From assembly GCA_022791255.1 (NCBI GenBank), contig JAAVYR010000004.1:92094-156093 (forward strand): a DNA stretch of 64,000 nucleotides, written 5' to 3'. The translations under genes were made by a program, and so were the position numbers. Below the pieces are notes generated by a model that was not told the origin of the DNA, did no database searches, and was given only the letters and a program-made list of their open reading frames with translations. This DNA comes from Peptococcaceae bacterium. GTDB lineage: Bacteria > Bacillota > Dehalobacteriia > UBA4068 > JAAVYR01. Below, one piece after another: positions 8,481-18,920 of the stretch; within the stretch, counting starts at the first letter, position 1; each line of letters begins with the position of its first letter.

Positions 8481-9467
8481 ATGGAACAACAAAACCAATT
8501 ATTAGCAGAAGCCCAGGACATTTTACGAGCCTGGACCGTCGTACCTATCTCCGTTGGCGCCAAAGGTAAAGATATCCTGGTGACAACAGAGGCAGGTACC
8601 AGACTGCTAAAATATTATCCCCAAGGTGCAAGACAAGGATTTCGTTGCCACATGGCTATGGAATACAGCATCGAGCGAGGCTTTTACAGCCTGCCACGCC
8701 ATATCTTAAATCGCAACGGCAAACCCCTTACCGTTTATGAGGAACGCTGCTATGGTCTAGCAGATATCTGGGCAGCAAAACCCATAGACTGGCAATGCAA
8801 CCAAGATATCTTCCGCTTAGGCCAGGCCATGGGCCAAGTGCACACAGCCATGGCAGGCTTCCACCAGGCATATCTGGAGCAACCAGAAAAAAATTGGCTC
8901 ACCCGTGCCATAGAAATGGCAGAAACTTGGCTGGCAGGAAAAGAAAAAATCCCCGTAAGCCTCCACCCCCAATGGGAACGGGTATGCTTATCCCTGGGCC
9001 ACCTAGTAGAAATATTAGGAGAACAAGAAGCAGTGCTTTTGGAAGTAGAAGCCGTCATGCCCTTTGTCCATAATGGCTTTACCGGCAAAGAAATCTTCCT
9101 CTTACCACAAGGAGAAGTATGGGTCGGTGGTTGGGAACAATGGCAAGGAGGAAATTCCCTAGCCGACCTCTGCGCCGTACTCCACAAAATCGCCTGGCAG
9201 CGCAACTGGGACGCCAAAGCCATGGAAGCCCTCTTTGCTGGCTATCGCTTAAAGGGTATCTTTCGTTCGGATATGGCGGCAGTGGTTTGCGCTTGGAGCG
9301 CCATGCCCTTTGCAGCACTAGACTTATTAGCCCGTTATAGCGAAGAAGACCGTCCCGGCACGGAAGAAGAATGGCAGCCTATCTTTAACCTGCAGCTGAA
9401 AAAAGAACAAGTCTATGAAGAGATTGCAGCCTGGACAAGAAATTACTGGCGAGGGGGCGATTTATAA
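8481..9467 (+). CDS. ysxE: CotS/YsxE-family spore-coat protein (aminoglycoside-phosphotransferase/kinase-like fold, degenerate catalytic motif).
   Basis: 328 aa, paralogous to the next two genes. Position immediately after the spoVID-like gene. Catalytic HxD..N region degenerate (FVHNGFTGKEI). Confidence 0.5.
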   Translation: MEQQNQLLAEAQDILRAWTVVPISVGAKGKDILVTTEAGTRLLKYYPQGARQGFRCHMAMEYSIERGFYSLPRHILNRNGKPLTVYEERCYGLADIWAAKPIDWQCNQDIFRLGQAMGQVHTAMAGFHQAYLEQPEKNWLTRAIEMAETWLAGKEKIPVSLHPQWERVCLSLGHLVEILGEQEAVLLEVEAVMPFVHNGFTGKEIFLLPQGEVWVGGWEQWQGGNSLADLCAVLHKIAWQRNWDAKAMEALFAGYRLKGIFRSDMAAVVCAWSAMPFAALDLLARYSEEDRPGTEEEWQPIFNLQLKKEQVYEEIAAWTRNYWRGGDL

Positions 9468-10693
9468 TGGAATGGGAACAATGGCAAAACCGCTCGATAC
9501 AACAAAAATACCCCTCTCTCACCCAGGTATTAGCTGCTTGGGAATTAGTCCCTACCTATGCGGCCATAGAAGGCACTCTTTGCCGCGTCAAGTGTCAGCA
9601 TGGAAAATGGTGGGTCCTCAAGCGCATAGACGGACGGGACCGAGCAGAGTTTATCGGCAATCTCCTGACCCAATTATCCCAATATCAACTAACACCGCCA
9701 GTGTTACGCACCAAATACGGGGACACCATTGCTTACTGGTTTGACGGCTATTATTATCTGATGCCCCTCATCCGCGGCAAGGAATGCTCTAATGAAAAAC
9801 TATCTGATGTCTCTTTATCGGCACAACGGCTGGCTCTGTTTCACCGCTATGCACAAGCACTAAATCTCCCTCGTTTCCAGGGAGATAACTTCCAGGAGCT
9901 AAGCAGCCGCCTGCCCCAATACCAAGAAATCTGCCACCCGGAAGTAGATAAAATAGAAAACACCCAGGTGCGGCTGGAAGCTGCTGATTTCCTCTATCAA
10001 GTTCAAAATAGATTAGCAAAATTCCCTCGCTACCAGCTGCAGGAACTAGAAGCAACAGCCATGGAAACCCAAACCATCCGCCATGGCCATTATCACTGTG
10101 GCCAAGTAATCAAAGAACACCGCAGCGCCTTTATTGTCCACTGGGAAGAAGCCGCTATCGGTGTACAGCTATTAGATTTATCAGACTTCTGTTATAAAGT
10201 CCTCTCCAAAAACAAATGGCAACCGGAATACTATCTGGCTATCTTAAATGGCTATCAAGATATCCTGCCCCTCAGCGACAGCGAGAAAGCTTTCTTAAGA
10301 GAAACGCTCCTACTGCCAATAGAACTAGAACGAGGCCTCATCGGCAGAAAACCCAAAGGCAAACGGCTGGAAAAATTATTCCGAGAGGCTATGGAAATAG
10401 ACCAACGAAAGCTAGCCTGCTTTGCAGCCCTACAAGGAGAAGCAGCCCCTAACCATCGAGACAAAAAAATGGAAAAAGCAGCAAAGGCGGAAAAAGAGAA
10501 AAAGGAAAAAGAGCGAAAGGCCAAAGAAAAGAAAAAGAAACAAGAAAAAAAAGCCAAGCAAAAAAAGAAACAGCAGCAAACACAAGCAGCAACTAGCACC
10601 AAAGGAAAACCGCAACCCCAATCCACACCCAAGCAAAACCAGCCAAAGAAAACCCCAGTCAAAGAAAACATAAAAGAAGACCCCGCGTCTTAA
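9467..10693 (+). CDS. CotS-family kinase-like spore-coat protein with ~80-aa Lys/Glu-rich C-terminal tail.
   Basis: Start overlaps previous stop (TAATG). HGHYHCGQV..LLDLSDF resembles the CotS/APH HGD..N..DFD region. Tail is KEKKEKERKAKEKKKKQEKKAKQKKKQ. Confidence 0.5.
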   Translation: MEWEQWQNRSIQQKYPSLTQVLAAWELVPTYAAIEGTLCRVKCQHGKWWVLKRIDGRDRAEFIGNLLTQLSQYQLTPPVLRTKYGDTIAYWFDGYYYLMPLIRGKECSNEKLSDVSLSAQRLALFHRYAQALNLPRFQGDNFQELSSRLPQYQEICHPEVDKIENTQVRLEAADFLYQVQNRLAKFPRYQLQELEATAMETQTIRHGHYHCGQVIKEHRSAFIVHWEEAAIGVQLLDLSDFCYKVLSKNKWQPEYYLAILNGYQDILPLSDSEKAFLRETLLLPIELERGLIGRKPKGKRLEKLFREAMEIDQRKLACFAALQGEAAPNHRDKKMEKAAKAEKEKKEKERKAKEKKKKQEKKAKQKKKQQQTQAATSTKGKPQPQSTPKQNQPKKTPVKENIKEDPAS

Positions 10694-10716
10694 AGAAGGG
10701 TAGGTGGCAAAAAACC

Positions 10717-11751
10717 ATGAGTGAGAAAACAAAAGAACAAAATCCCCCTACCCCACCAAACGCAGATATATTAACCGCCTTCGGCATAGAAAAACCCTAT
10801 GCTCTCTGGCCTATCCAAGAGAGCGTCTACAAAGTCAGCTGCATACAAGGTGACTTTTGTTTGAAATTTGTCCAGTATGACAAGGAAAAAATTGATTTCT
10901 TACACGATATTATGAACTATCTGCTAGACCAGGGGTTTTACCGCATTTCTCGGCCCATACCTACTTTATCTGGAGATAGCGCTGTAAAGACAGCAGGTGG
11001 CTTTTATACCTTAAACCGTTGGGTAGGCGGCATTGCCTGTGCATTGGATAACGATTTTCACCTGCTGGCAGCAGGTAGATGTCTAGCAGCCTTTAGCTGT
11101 GCCGCCTTAGGCGGTGAGCTGCTTCCCGGCGGCAAAGCAGGCTATCACGAGTGGCCAGAACGCTTTGCCCAGCGGACAGAAGACCTCATCACCTGGCAGC
11201 GACAAACAGCTGCTAAAAAACACCGCAATCCCTTTGAAAAGCTCTACTTAAAAGTCGCTCCGGAAATGATAGCAGACGGCATAGAAGCCCAGCGCTTACT
11301 GGCCCAGTCCGCCTATGGATATCTGGCAGACGAGGCCTTATATTATCGGGCCTTTGTCCACCGAGATGTGGCGGCAAGAAACTTTATCATCGGCCCAGAT
11401 GGAGAAGGCTGGCTCATCGATTTCGACTATTGCCGTTATGACTTGCCCCTGACCGATATTGTCCGCTTTGTAGAACGGGGCATGAAGGCAGTGGTCTACA
11501 CCCCCCAGCAATTAGATAGAATGCTGGGCGCCTATGAAACCATACGAAAGATTGACTCGGAGGAATACCGCGTCATTTCTGCCATGCTTTTATTTCCCCA
11601 GAAATTTTGGCGATTATGCAGCCGTTATTTCGCAGCCCCTGAGGACGCCTTAAAACAAGGGATTTATTATAAACTAATTAATGCCATGGGACAAATGAAA
11701 GCCCATAAAGATGTCTGGTTTTATTTCCATGGCAAATACGGCTGTCGCTAA
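10717..11751 (+). CDS. CotS-family kinase-like spore-coat protein (intact Brenner/APH motifs).
   Basis: FVHRDVAARNFIIGPDGEGWLIDFDY is the canonical H-x-D..N..D-F-D of the CotS/APH/choline-kinase fold. Confidence 0.65.
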   Translation: MSEKTKEQNPPTPPNADILTAFGIEKPYALWPIQESVYKVSCIQGDFCLKFVQYDKEKIDFLHDIMNYLLDQGFYRISRPIPTLSGDSAVKTAGGFYTLNRWVGGIACALDNDFHLLAAGRCLAAFSCAALGGELLPGGKAGYHEWPERFAQRTEDLITWQRQTAAKKHRNPFEKLYLKVAPEMIADGIEAQRLLAQSAYGYLADEALYYRAFVHRDVAARNFIIGPDGEGWLIDFDYCRYDLPLTDIVRFVERGMKAVVYTPQQLDRMLGAYETIRKIDSEEYRVISAMLLFPQKFWRLCSRYFAAPEDALKQGIYYKLINAMGQMKAHKDVWFYFHGKYGCR

Positions 11752-11793
11752 AGCCAGCCTCAACCAGCAACCAAAAAACAGAGGAGGAACAAT

Positions 11794-12918
11794 ATGTTAG
11801 TAGGGATAGACGGTAGAGGCGCCGTGTGGTACAGAGGGACCGGCATTGGCACCTATACCTATCAATTATTAAAACATTTGAAGGAACGGGAAGAAGGCCA
11901 AACTTACCGTATTTTTTGGCCGGGAGAAGAATATCTCTCCTTAAATATTTCCGACCAAGAAGACTTCCGTCAAGTAGAAGCAAAAGAAAATTACTGGGAA
12001 GAGGTGTTTCTGCCCAAAGCCATCCAGCGGGAAGCCATCGACATCTATCATGTACCCCAAAACGGCATCGGGCTGCCCCGGGAAAAAAAATGCCTTCAGG
12101 TCGTTACCATCCATGACCTAATCCCTTATGTCTACCCGGAAACAGTAGGCCGCAAATACCTGCAAAATTTCCTAGAAGAAATGCCCCGTATCATGGAGTC
12201 TAGCGACCATATTATTACGGTATCAGAGTGTTCTAAACGGGACATCCAATACATCTTTGACTACCCAGCTGAGAAAATCTCCGTCATTCCTGAGGCACCA
12301 GAACCCATGTACCGTATGCTTTCTTTAGACGCTGCAAAAGATTTTTTACGGCAAAAATACGGCATCAGCGGTAACTTCATTCTTTATCTGGGCGGCTTCG
12401 GCCCACGGAAAAATGTACGGGGTCTGATCGTCGCTTTTGCCCTAGCCTTAAAGGAAATGAAAGAACCCTGCCGGCTAGTGCTGCCTGGCCGCTGGCAAAA
12501 AGAGTCTGACCCGCTAGAGCATATGCTCCATGCCTTAAACATTGCAGATAAAGTTATCTTACCGGGGTATGTAGCAGTAGACCATTTGCCCTATTTCTAC
12601 CGAGCTGCTCAGCTATTTGTTTATCCTTCCTTTTATGAAGGGTTCGGCCTACCGCCCCTAGAGGCCATGGCCTGCGGCACACCAGTCATCGCCTCCAATA
12701 CCTCCTCCATTCCAGAAGTGGTAGGAGATGGCGCATGTCTTGTTAATCCTTTTGATACCGTATCAATGGCAGAACATATCTACCGCCTCTTAAATGATGA
12801 GGAAGCTCGCTTAGAATTAGCAGAAAAAGGCCGCAAACAAGTAAAGAAATATTCTTGGGCAAAAACAGCCGCATATACCGCTCGCGTCTATGAGAAAATG
12901 TTGAAAGCGAAAAAATAA
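11794..12918 (+). CDS. GT4-family glycosyltransferase, CotSA-like (spore-coat glycosylation candidate).
   Basis: [38 protein letters not shown] is the GT4 (EX7E) C-terminal signature. Good RBS. Located at the end of the cotS-like run. Bidirectional terminator at 12939-12968. Confidence 0.75.
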   Translation: MLVGIDGRGAVWYRGTGIGTYTYQLLKHLKEREEGQTYRIFWPGEEYLSLNISDQEDFRQVEAKENYWEEVFLPKAIQREAIDIYHVPQNGIGLPREKKCLQVVTIHDLIPYVYPETVGRKYLQNFLEEMPRIMESSDHIITVSECSKRDIQYIFDYPAEKISVIPEAPEPMYRMLSLDAAKDFLRQKYGISGNFILYLGGFGPRKNVRGLIVAFALALKEMKEPCRLVLPGRWQKESDPLEHMLHALNIADKVILPGYVAVDHLPYFYRAAQLFVYPSFYEGFGLPPLEAMACGTPVIASNTSSIPEVVGDGACLVNPFDTVSMAEHIYRLLNDEEARLELAEKGRKQVKKYSWAKTAAYTARVYEKMLKAKK

Positions 12919-12997
12919 GAGAAAAAATAAATATAAAAAAGGAAGGCTAAAAAGCCTTCCTTTTTGCTGTTTCTCATTATTTGAATTATTATTTGAA

Positions 12998-13486
12998 TTA
13001 TTGCAGCACCATGGCACTGCACAGCCAGCCAATCAAGCTGCCGACAAATACATCCGAGGGAAAATGTAGTCCCAGATAAATGCGGGATACCGCTACCATC
13101 AACGCAATACCAAAGAAAACCGGCGCCAGCCACGGCACGCCCCAAGAAGCCATGGTCGCCATACAAAAAATAGTTGCCGAATGCCCCGAAGGAAAAGAAT
13201 AATCTGAAAGGGCAAAATTATGATCAAAATTCACATTAGGCAGGGCTTCATAAGGACGGGTACGGGAAACATGCTGCTTTAAAAACTGCACAATAATTTG
13301 AGTCAAAGCAAGAGCAATCAGCGTCCGCTGCAAGGGAAAAATATATAAAAAGGAAAAGACCACCAAGATACAAAAGGTAGCCATCGCCCCGCCTAAATTA
13401 GTAAAGTAGGGCATAATCCTATCTAAAAAAGGCGTTTTTAGATTATCATTAATCAGATTAAACAACTTAATATCCCATTTCAGCAT
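12998..13486 (-). CDS. PAP2-family membrane phosphatase (undecaprenyl-diphosphatase-like).
   Basis: KxxxxxxRP, SFPSGHS and SRIYLGLHFPSDV PAP2 motifs. Confidence 0.75.
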   Translation of the reverse strand: MLKWDIKLFNLINDNLKTPFLDRIMPYFTNLGGAMATFCILVVFSFLYIFPLQRTLIALALTQIIVQFLKQHVSRTRPYEALPNVNFDHNFALSDYSFPSGHSATIFCMATMASWGVPWLAPVFFGIALMVAVSRIYLGLHFPSDVFVGSLIGWLCSAMVLQ

Positions 13487-13799
13487 GATCCTTCCCGCCT
13501 TTCTTTTTTCTAGTAAGTTTATTATACACCTATTTTCCCCGTAAAATCTTAAGAAACCTTAATTTTTTCGAAATTTCCTCTTTTCTTTTGTAAAACACGC
13601 ATAGATTTCTGCCTTGCTTACCAATTTTTTGCTCATCATCGGGGAAAATCCTCGTAAACACTAGGAAATGGATGTAAAACATTGGCAGAAAAATTTATTA
13701 ACCAAATGGGGCAGGATATTTGTATTTTATCAAGAATTTAATAGCATATGCGTTTTTTTACAAAAATCAAATCCAAGCAAAGAAAGGAGCTTCGGCCTT

Positions 13800-14978
13800 A
13801 TGCAAACAGGTAAAAAGATATTGCTGGCTGGCGCAGTTTTTTGCAGCGCTTTTGGCATATTCAATATGAGCGAGCCCCCCTTGCAGGCCACAGGCGAGAT
13901 TAAAGTATATATTAACGGCACAGAAATGGTTACCGATGTGCCGCCTCTATTAAGTCAAGATAGGACTTTGGTGCCTATGCGCGCCATTGGCGAGCAATTA
14001 GGCTGCACGGTAAATTATGATGCCGCAAGCAAAAAAGTTACCATCAGTGGTAATGGACAAACAGTCACCCTAACGGTCAACCAAAAGCAAGCGTACATCA
14101 ATGGACAGGAACAGCTTTTAGATGTACCGGCTAAGGTAGTAAATGGTCGTACTTTAGTGCCGCTGCGTTTTGTAGGACAATCTTTCAATGCTACAGTCGA
14201 TTGGAATGGAGCTACCCAAACTGTTACCATTACTACTACTGGCAGCAACAACAACGGTAACAATAGTAATAATACTAATTCCAGTGGAAACGGGAATAAT
14301 AGCGCCAATTACCCACAAAGCTGGGCAAATTCCGCTACCTGGGAACAAGAATTGTTAACTTTAGTTAATAAAGCACGGACGGACTTGGGACTCAATGCAC
14401 TGGTAGCCATTGACGACCTTGCAGCACTTGCCCGCAGTCATAGCCGGGATATGGCAGTGAATAATTTCTTTGACCATACTTCCCCTGCAAAAGGCACAGC
14501 CGAACAACGCATGGCAGCAGCAGGGCTCCCCCCATGCCTGGAAAATATCGCCCACGGCTATATGAGTCCTACAGATACCTTTAATGCCTTGATGGCTTCT
14601 CCCAGCCATCGCAACAACCTCTTAAACCCAAATGGCGCCTTCTTTGGAGCCGGCGCCTATAGCATCCCAGTTGCAGAAGGCAAAACAGAAGATGTCTTTG
14701 TCACCATTGATATCGTCACAGGCGATAGCTTCTTTATGACCAATCGCAACCAATCTATAACAGACGAAACCCTAACTGTCAAAGGATATACCACACAGGA
14801 TAGCGTTAACGCCACAGCTTTCCTCTTGGTTTCTGGTAAAGATAATACCTATGCCGAAAAACAAACCTTCCCTATGACCGTAAAAGGCAATCAATTCAGC
14901 GGAGAAATCAAACTTTGGAAATCTGGGAAATATATCATCAATGTAGGCGGCGATAATCTGGTCATTACCAAACAATAA
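13800..14978 (+). CDS. Secreted protein: signal peptide, two copper-amine-oxidase-N-terminal-like (stalk) domains, N/S/G-rich linker, CAP/SCP (YkwD-like) domain.
   Basis: RBS AAAGGAGC-ATG at 13800. Two tandem copies of Y[IV]NG.E..DVP....GRTLVP.R..G. CAP motifs HSRDMAVNNFFDHTSP..HRNNLLNP. The ORF-track start at 13668 is an upstream in-frame extension. Confidence 0.6.
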   Translation: MQTGKKILLAGAVFCSAFGIFNMSEPPLQATGEIKVYINGTEMVTDVPPLLSQDRTLVPMRAIGEQLGCTVNYDAASKKVTISGNGQTVTLTVNQKQAYINGQEQLLDVPAKVVNGRTLVPLRFVGQSFNATVDWNGATQTVTITTTGSNNNGNNSNNTNSSGNGNNSANYPQSWANSATWEQELLTLVNKARTDLGLNALVAIDDLAALARSHSRDMAVNNFFDHTSPAKGTAEQRMAAAGLPPCLENIAHGYMSPTDTFNALMASPSHRNNLLNPNGAFFGAGAYSIPVAEGKTEDVFVTIDIVTGDSFFMTNRNQSITDETLTVKGYTTQDSVNATAFLLVSGKDNTYAEKQTFPMTVKGNQFSGEIKLWKSGKYIINVGGDNLVITKQ

Positions 14979-15207
14979 GCTACCGATATCAAGTACATCA
15001 TAAAAACCTGCTGCTTTTTATACAAACAGCAGATTTGAGAAAGAGAAGGAACTGTCCTACTGGACAGTTCCTTCTCTTTTGGGGAGGAAGTACCTATTGA
15101 TGGATTAGAAACAATGCTTGCTTTTCCCATATTCCGAAATATCTTTGCGAAAGAAATATTTTAGAAATGCACCTGTTTTTATTTCGGGAAAAGATTATCT
15201 TGCGACC

Positions 15208-15579
15208 TTATCCATTCTTTTTTCTTTCAGGAAATTTGAACCATGAGCTTAAGGTAGAGAGCAGAGCCATCAACAAAATCATCACAATCATATTGAAAAA
15301 CCCTGTCACTGTAAAGCCTTTAATGGTCATTTTTGCTACGATGAGCAAGATACCGTCTAACAGGCAGGAAAGCCCAAAGAAAATAGAGATATTTTCCATG
15401 GAATTTAACTGTCTTTTAGCCAGCAGGAAAAATGGTAACAGTAATCCATTCATCACCCCAAAAAGAAGCGCTGCCATAAACACACCGGCAAAATTCGCCG
15501 TATCTAACCCCGGCAACACACAAAAACCTAAGCCTATTCCAATGACATTGATTAAGAGTCTCCAGGCAAATGCACTCAT
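15208..15579 (-). CDS. DUF360/YvlD-type small membrane protein (holin-4-like).
   Basis: 123 aa, 3-4 TM segments, pattern LLINVIGIGL..LPG..FAGVFMAALLFGVMNGLL.PFF typical of the YvlD family. Confidence 0.5.
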   Translation of the reverse strand: MSAFAWRLLINVIGIGLGFCVLPGLDTANFAGVFMAALLFGVMNGLLLPFFLLAKRQLNSMENISIFFGLSCLLDGILLIVAKMTIKGFTVTGFFNMIVMILLMALLSTLSSWFKFPERKKNG

Positions 15580-15961
15580 GTTTTCTTCTCACTTCCTCTT
15601 TGCGTTTTACCACTTTTTCCTCTGAGTATATATATTTTACTTTTTCTCTCTTTTTCCTTTTCAAAACTACAATATCTTTTCGACAAAAAAAGCAGTCAAA
15701 TTTTGTCGTGCAATAAAATACCTGGTTAAGCTATGGATTGTCTGTCGAAAATTTATCTAATCAGGGGAAAAGTTTTTTTACCCAAACTGCAAAATTTCCC
15801 TAAATTTTACTTGTCCTTCTCTCTTACAGGAACAGCCCCAAACTGCAAAGTCGTAATCCGTCGAATTTTTATGGAAATTCCACTCTTTGGCCACTGCTTT
15901 TGCCATGCTAGAATAAAGATAAAGTAATACTTTATCATATTTTAACAAAGAGGATGACAGC

Positions 15962-16732
15962 ATGAATATCATAAAAAACACCGAAGAAGAAACAAACACC
16001 ACCGCCTTCTGGCACATGGACGACATTATCCCGGATATAGACTATCTTTATTTACAGCGGCTTCATGTCCGCCTGGGAGAAATGGTCTGGCATTTATATC
16101 ACAAACTACCCACGCTCTTGCGTCCAGCCGCTATCGGCACTTTCATTACCGAAGAGATTGCCAATGTCTATCAGGCCCTTGACCGCGCACATATATTTGC
16201 GCATTACCATGGCAGCAACAGTCAACGGCATGTAGAGGATATCTACTTTACCTGGCTCAAACAGCGAACCCTTACAAAGCTTTTTTTCCCTGCCATTGCT
16301 TACATCCTGCAGACACCGGCTACCGCTTTTTTCCCCTTAGAACCAGATATCTTCCTAAGCAAAGATTTTACTTTGCCGCAAAACCTACTTATTCATGTTC
16401 TAGACGGCACCCCGCTGCGGCTGGAAATCATCTATGATACAGAAAAAAGTTATCAAATACCGGAAGAACGCCTGGTAGCCGCAAAAAACTATTTAAAGAA
16501 AACCAGCTACAACACTCTTTTCTTATATCTGGATTTATTAGCAAATCAGGGCGCGCTACTGCCCCTGGAACAATTGACCTCAAGAGAAACAAAAGTCATT
16601 TCGCTGCAGACGGGACAGCAAAAGGCTACCGCTCTCTGTCAGGAAGATTTCATCTGGAACCTAGGAGAAATGCCCCCTATCTACCCAGAAGAAACCATGC
16701 AACTCCCCAAACTACAGCAAAAACAAGGATAG
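15962..16732 (+). CDS. Hypothetical protein.
   Basis: 256-aa ORF with RBS (AAAGAGGATGACAGC-ATG). No recognisable motif. Confidence 0.4.
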   Translation: MNIIKNTEEETNTTAFWHMDDIIPDIDYLYLQRLHVRLGEMVWHLYHKLPTLLRPAAIGTFITEEIANVYQALDRAHIFAHYHGSNSQRHVEDIYFTWLKQRTLTKLFFPAIAYILQTPATAFFPLEPDIFLSKDFTLPQNLLIHVLDGTPLRLEIIYDTEKSYQIPEERLVAAKNYLKKTSYNTLFLYLDLLANQGALLPLEQLTSRETKVISLQTGQQKATALCQEDFIWNLGEMPPIYPEETMQLPKLQQKQG

Positions 16733-16799
16733 ACCTCCCCCCTCCCACAGGAAACGGAAAAGCCAAGACGGGAAAAACCAAGAATTATGTAATTTTCTC

Positions 16800-16827
16800 T
16801 TGCCAATCCCGGGAAATGGATTATAAT
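16800..16827 (+). promoter_or_regulatory. Sigma-A promoter of pckA (TTGCCA-16-TATAAT).
   Basis: cTTGCCAatcccgggaaatggatTATAAT about 130 nt upstream of the pckA start. Confidence 0.5.
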
Positions 16828-16958
16828 TTAATTAGTAAGAAACTTTCTGCCTTACTGTGAAAAGAATAGTATTTTTCTCGGTGAGACAGATTTTTTCATA
16901 TACTTCTCTTTTATCAAAACACCAATAAAAATAAATTGTTTTGGAGGTAACATTTGTT

Positions 16959-18539
16959 ATGGTAACCAGAGAAAATTTAGCCCAATCCGGCATTGTCAAT
17001 GTAAAAAACATTTACAGCAACTTGTCTCCTACCCTTTTGGTAGAATACGCCCTTGCTCATGAAGACGCAGTGCTGTCCAGCACCGGGGCACTCAGGGTAG
17101 AAACAGGGAAATATTCCGGGCGTTCTCCTTTGGACCGTTTCATCGTAGATAGCCCTGCTATCCATGACAAGGTAGACTGGGGTGAAGTCAATCGTCCTAT
17201 CGACAAAGAAACCTATGAAAAATTATCCCACCGCTTAGAAGCATACTTAGCAGGGAAAGATGTTTTCGTATTTGATGGCTTTGTAGGCGCTGACGAAAAC
17301 CACCGCTTAAACATCCGCGTTATCAACGAATACGCTTGGCAAAACTTATTCGTACACCAAATGTTTATCCGTCCTACTGCAGAACAGTTGGCAGCTTTCG
17401 CACCAAACTTCACCGTCATTGCCTGCCCTGGCTTCCAAGGGGTACCGGAAGTAGACGGCACCCGTTCTGAAGTATTCGTAATCTTAAACTTCGACGAAAA
17501 GAAAATCATCATCGGCGGCAGCAGCTATCCTGGTGAAATCAAAAAATCTTGCTTCACCTTGATGAACTACTTCCTCCCAGAAAAAGGCGTATGCCCAATG
17601 CACTGCTCCGCCAATATGGGCGATGATAATGATACCGCCCTTTTCTTCGGTCTTTCCGGCACAGGGAAAACTACCCTCTCCGCAGACCCTAATCGTCATC
17701 TCATCGGTGACGATGAACACGGCTGGTCCCAAGACGGTATCTTCAACTTTGAAGGCGGCTGCTATGCCAAATGTTTAGACCTGACCCGGGAAGGAGAACC
17801 GCAAATCTTTGACGCCATCCGTTTTGGCAGTCTCTTAGAAAATGTTATCTTAGACCCAGAAACCAGAGTGGCCGATTACCATGATGATAAATTAAGCAAA
17901 AACACCCGGGCGGCTTACCCTATCGAATACATCCCAGGTGCTGTCATGTCTGGTAAAGGCACCCAACCAAATGCTATTTTCTTCTTAGCAGCGGACTCCC
18001 GAGGTGTATTGCCACCTATCTCTCGCTTAGACATTAACCAAGCTTGCTATCACTATCTTTCTGGCTACACCAGTAAAATGGCCGGCTTAGAACGAGGCAT
18101 CACTGAGTCCCAAGCTACCTTTTCCGCTGGCTTTGGTTCTCCATTCCTCGTGCGCCCTGCTGGAGTTTATGCTGACATCTTGAAAAAGAACATCGAAAAA
18201 TACGGTACCAAAGTATACTTAATCAATACTGGTTGGACTGGCGGCCCTTATGGAGTAGGGCATCGTATCCCACTGAAATACACTCGCTCCATGGTAACAG
18301 CAGCTCTTACCGGCGCCTTTGATAATATCGAATTTGTTAAGGACGAAGTATTTGGACTCTCTATGCCTACCAGCTGCCCAGATGTACCAGCTGATATCTT
18401 GAACCCAAGGAACACTTGGGATGACAAAGCAGCCTATGATGAAGCAGCTTACGCTCTCGCCGCCCTCTTCGTAGAAAACTTCAAAACATTAAAAGGTGTG
18501 GCACCGGAAATCATCGCGGCAGGTCCGAAAACCAAATAA
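16959..18539 (+). CDS. pckA: Phosphoenolpyruvate carboxykinase (ATP).
   Basis: GLSGTGKTTLS kinase-1a motif and full-length PEPCK-ATP architecture. RBS GGAGG-N8-ATG at 16959. Terminator at 18575-18617. Confidence 0.9.
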   Translation: MVTRENLAQSGIVNVKNIYSNLSPTLLVEYALAHEDAVLSSTGALRVETGKYSGRSPLDRFIVDSPAIHDKVDWGEVNRPIDKETYEKLSHRLEAYLAGKDVFVFDGFVGADENHRLNIRVINEYAWQNLFVHQMFIRPTAEQLAAFAPNFTVIACPGFQGVPEVDGTRSEVFVILNFDEKKIIIGGSSYPGEIKKSCFTLMNYFLPEKGVCPMHCSANMGDDNDTALFFGLSGTGKTTLSADPNRHLIGDDEHGWSQDGIFNFEGGCYAKCLDLTREGEPQIFDAIRFGSLLENVILDPETRVADYHDDKLSKNTRAAYPIEYIPGAVMSGKGTQPNAIFFLAADSRGVLPPISRLDINQACYHYLSGYTSKMAGLERGITESQATFSAGFGSPFLVRPAGVYADILKKNIEKYGTKVYLINTGWTGGPYGVGHRIPLKYTRSMVTAALTGAFDNIEFVKDEVFGLSMPTSCPDVPADILNPRNTWDDKAAYDEAAYALAALFVENFKTLKGVAPEIIAAGPKTK

Positions 18540-18716
18540 AAACTTACCACAAACTACATAAATTAAATAAAACCAACTACCTCTTACATATATTTCGTGT
18601 AAGAGGTAGTTTTTTTAGATCCTTCGCTTTCGCTCAGGATGACAGATGGTGCCACAAAGTACGAAAAAAATACGAACGACTTCTGACCGCCATACTTTTG
18701 CCTAAGCGGGAGTGGA

Positions 18717-18920
18717 TTATTTATATTTATCCATTTCCAGAATATGGTCTGTAGTAGTATGAAAAAACAGAGCCAGCTGCACCAAATGACAATTAGGAAG
18801 ATTTAACCTGCCAACTTCATAATTAGAATAAGTAGTCTGATGAATGCCTAAATAATCCGCTATTTGCTGTTGCGTAAGACCATGTTCTTTCCGTAGGGTA
18901 ACTAGCCGAGGATATGCCAT
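18717..18920 (-). CDS. Small XRE-family HTH transcriptional regulator (67 aa).
   Basis: MAYPRLVTLRKEHGLTQQQIADYLGIHQTTYSNYE is a Cro/C1-type HTH. Its start overlaps the stop of the upstream XRE gene by 19 nt (ATGGCATATCCTCGGCTAG). Confidence 0.6.
   Translation of the reverse strand: MAYPRLVTLRKEHGLTQQQIADYLGIHQTTYSNYEVGRLNLPNCHLVQLALFFHTTTDHILEMDKYK

Noticed and set aside
10255-10732. Minus-strand and alternative-frame ORFs over the K/E-rich tail of the middle CotS-like gene.
   Set aside because: Low-complexity AAG/GAA repeats open all frames. They are embedded in a longer conserved ORF.
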